A stretch of 38,292 nucleotides of DNA, taken from Seison nebaliae. Lineage: Eukaryota. The notes under the pieces are model-generated. The model ran no database searches. It worked only from the letters and a program-made list of their open reading frames with translations, and was not told the DNA's origin. Of the stretch, positions 35,884 to 38,292 are shown in pieces. The translations under genes and the position numbers were made by a program. Numbering within the stretch: position 1 is the stretch's first letter; each line of letters opens with the position of its first letter. The stretch spans positions 1-38,292 of the forward strand of contig JALJEE010000683.1 in the NCBI GenBank assembly GCA_023231475.1, written 5' to 3'.

Positions 35884-35956
35884 AGGTTCGAGCGAGAATT
35901 GAACTCGCGACCTTCTGCGTGTTAAGCAGACGTGATAACCACTACACCACCGAACC
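35884..35956 (-). tRNA. tRNA-Val(AAC), copy 1
   Basis: The reverse complement GGTTCGGTGGTGTAGTGGTTATCACGTCTGCTTAACACGCAGAAGGTCGCGAGTTCAATTCTCGCTCGAACCT folds as a cloverleaf, with anticodon stem TCTGC/GCAGA and anticodon AAC. A and B boxes are present, and a T6 terminator lies downstream. Confidence 0.96.
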
Positions 35957-36495
35957 ATATTTAACCTTAAAGTACTTCCATTATATTAAATTAATAAATA
36001 AAAGTCATTAAATTCCAACGGATCATAATCTGGCAAAAGTTTTCGATAATAGAATTTATAGACAAGAATAGACAATAAATAAGAACAAAAAAATTTAAAC
36101 TAAGTTAATTTCCAATGAGAAAGTAGATGAATTATGTCTATTTATTGAAGAATCGATATGTACATTAGTTTACACTAGCAATGAACTATCAACCGAATAT
36201 CATATTCTTGATTATCGTGGAACTGGTGGGAATGTACATGAGAAATGGGAAACCAAATTTTATGTCCATTATAGAAAGTTACATGCACCAGAACCAAACA
36301 TATCCCATCAAATTGTGAAAGAGATGATCGACAAGAGATCGCATTCTCTCTCTCAGAATTCGATAAATTTCGATTCTCGATTCAAACATGTTCAGCTTCC
36401 GACCTGAAGTATTTATTCTAAAGTTTACTTCTCTTTAATCATTCTTTTTAAAAGGTTAATATGAAAAAGATTTTTATCTGACAATGAAAAATTTT

Positions 36496-36568
36496 AGGTT
36501 CGAGCGAGAATTGAACTCGCGACCTTCTGCGTGTTAAGCAGACGTGATAACCACTACACCACCGAACC
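36496..36568 (-). tRNA. tRNA-Val(AAC), copy 2 (identical to copy 1)
   Basis: Same 73 nt, offset by 612 bp; T5 terminator. Confidence 0.96.
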
Positions 36569-37045
36569 ATACTTCACTTTAAAGTACTTCCTTTATACTA
36601 AATTAATAAATAAAAGTCAATAAATTCCAACGGATCACAATAGGGCAAAAGTTAGGTGATATTGAATATAGATCGATATTAGAATTTTGTTTTGATTTCT
36701 GATGATAGAAAATTGTTTTGATTTTTGATGAAATTTTCGATAGCAAATTGCTTTTGTAAATTCGTTATCGCTTACGGAAATGAATGTTATAAGTGACATT
36801 AATATGTGTAAGAATTGAATTTGTAAGAATTTTATATATATGAACTCCAAACTTTTTGAGATTGATGTGAAAACATCTAGTGATAATGTCATAGAAATAT
36901 GTAACTATATTGAATGTAATAAGAGCAAAAAGGATATCCAGACAATGTCAGGCAGACATATATTAGACATATATTCCTAATATACCCACCATGACTGTAA
37001 TATACAACTGATTCAGTGATTAGTTTTCATCCAACGGACAATTTG

Positions 37046-37348
37046 TTATCCGACAATGTGCTTTTCGATGAATGTAATACCCGTATGCTGTAGAACACAA
37101 GACATTCGTTTCTCAAAAGATGAAGTAAGTTTTTGAATTAATTCAACTGGTAATTTTTTCCAACTATTTTGAATTTTCCTTTTCAGTGCTTCCACACTCT
37201 CGAATTGTACCATTTCTTCATATACCGAACGTGCCAACGAACTCCAAATTTCCTCTGTCACATTTAAATCAGAACTATTAGCGGGCCAATCGATATATTC
37301 AATTTGGTTTTCTTTAAACCAACCGATCGTCCTTTTAGATACGTGTAA
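37046..37348 (-). mobile_element. Decayed Tc1/mariner (Tc1-type) transposase, C-terminal fragment
   Basis: The frame reads HVSKRTIGWFKENQIEYIDWPANSSDLNVTEEIWSSL..LKRKIQNSWKKLP..IQKLTSSFEKRMSCVLQHTG, matching Tc1 WPxxSPDLNPIENxW..L..SMxxR..VI..G. The SPDLNPIE motif is degenerate and the N-terminus is not intact. Confidence 0.88.
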
Positions 37349-37784
37349 TCTAATAAATAGCGATCTTTAATAAGAAATAAATTATTTGAGAAAAAATTTG
37401 AAAAATAGCCAATTTTTTGTTGAAAGTGTATTTATTTCTCAACGTTAACAACCACCAAAGTTCAGAGTTCTACATTTACAAATGTAACTACATTTAATTC
37501 AAGTTTCATTTTTTCTTGAAAATTTTCAAATTTATATTCTCGAACTTCATCTCTATTCGACCTCATTTTGGAGATTGGATTTATTTGTCGACAAAGGGGT
37601 CAAAAATGGTGGAACATAATAAGTGGAAAAAGTTTAAATCAATCAGAAATCAAGAATCAATTTTGGACGAGTTTTCGTAAAAAAGTAAATTGACAAAAAT
37701 TCAAAAGAGAAATTAAATTTTAAAGAACATTTAACTTTTTTTTATTATTATAAAATAAAAATCTCCATTGGACAAAATAATTCG

Positions 37785-38206
37785 ATCGAAAATTTCTCTT
37801 TACAAATTTATCATTCCGAAATCAAAATAGCACTAACTGATCCATAGACTTGTATGGTTAATACAGCATTTTGGTGAGTATCCGTTTTCTGATTTAAAAT
37901 GTTTTTAAAAATAAAATTAACGTAAAAAATTATTGAAATGTTTTTGAACAAAGATATGTGAATGTTCTATAATCGATTATTGATTGAGAGATTATTTTAA
38001 CTTCGCATAAGGAAAATATATTTCAAACTAATTTTTTTTATCTCTGATAAATTTTCTTTCAAAATTTTAAATTTAGATAGTTTGGATAACTGAAGGTTAA
38101 TTTGATATAAATTTTATAAGTAAAACTTCAAATATTTTTTGATATTTAAACTAGATCGAAAAACATAATCCGGTTACACCGAAAAAAGTATTATTAAAAG
38201 GAAATT
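37785..38206 (-). repeat. Right copy of the ~420-bp inverted repeat
   Basis: Reverse complement of 1-422. Confidence 0.95.
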
Positions 38207-38292
38207 AAGGAAAATTAATAGGGAAATTAGAAATTGATAATGAAACACTGAAATGTTTATTTAATAAATTTATAACAATTTATTGAACTGAT

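Overview
This is AT-rich, gene-dense eukaryotic (animal) nuclear DNA using the standard genetic code. Introns are short, mostly about 45-60 nt, and the ORF track fragments the genes. By splicing manually I reconstruct about 16 protein genes: SUMF1, a LYSMD3/4-like gene, two orphans, GCDH, REXO2, MMADHC, a GRAF/ARHGAP26-type BAR-PH-RhoGAP-SH3 gene, CCDC86, ARIH1, two tandem casein kinase 1 paralogs, a C-type-lectin membrane protein, a Pro-rich protein resembling a rotifer family, a 2376-aa intronless orphan and POLG2. Also present are two identical tRNA-Val(AAC) genes, a decayed Tc1-type transposase and several simple repeats. Four things stand out. (1) About 33 of 37 reconstructed introns begin GTT instead of the usual GTR, and about 10 end in AAG, which points to a divergent spliceosome. 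(2) The window is bracketed by a ~420-bp inverted repeat, about 94% identical by hand alignment, with a Tc1 relic near the right copy. (3) The giant orphan ORF has no recognisable motif. (4) A 30-31-bp periodic motif array sits at 15.3 kb. The taxon (possibly Syndermata/rotifer-related) is inference only. All homology calls come from remembered motifs, not searches.
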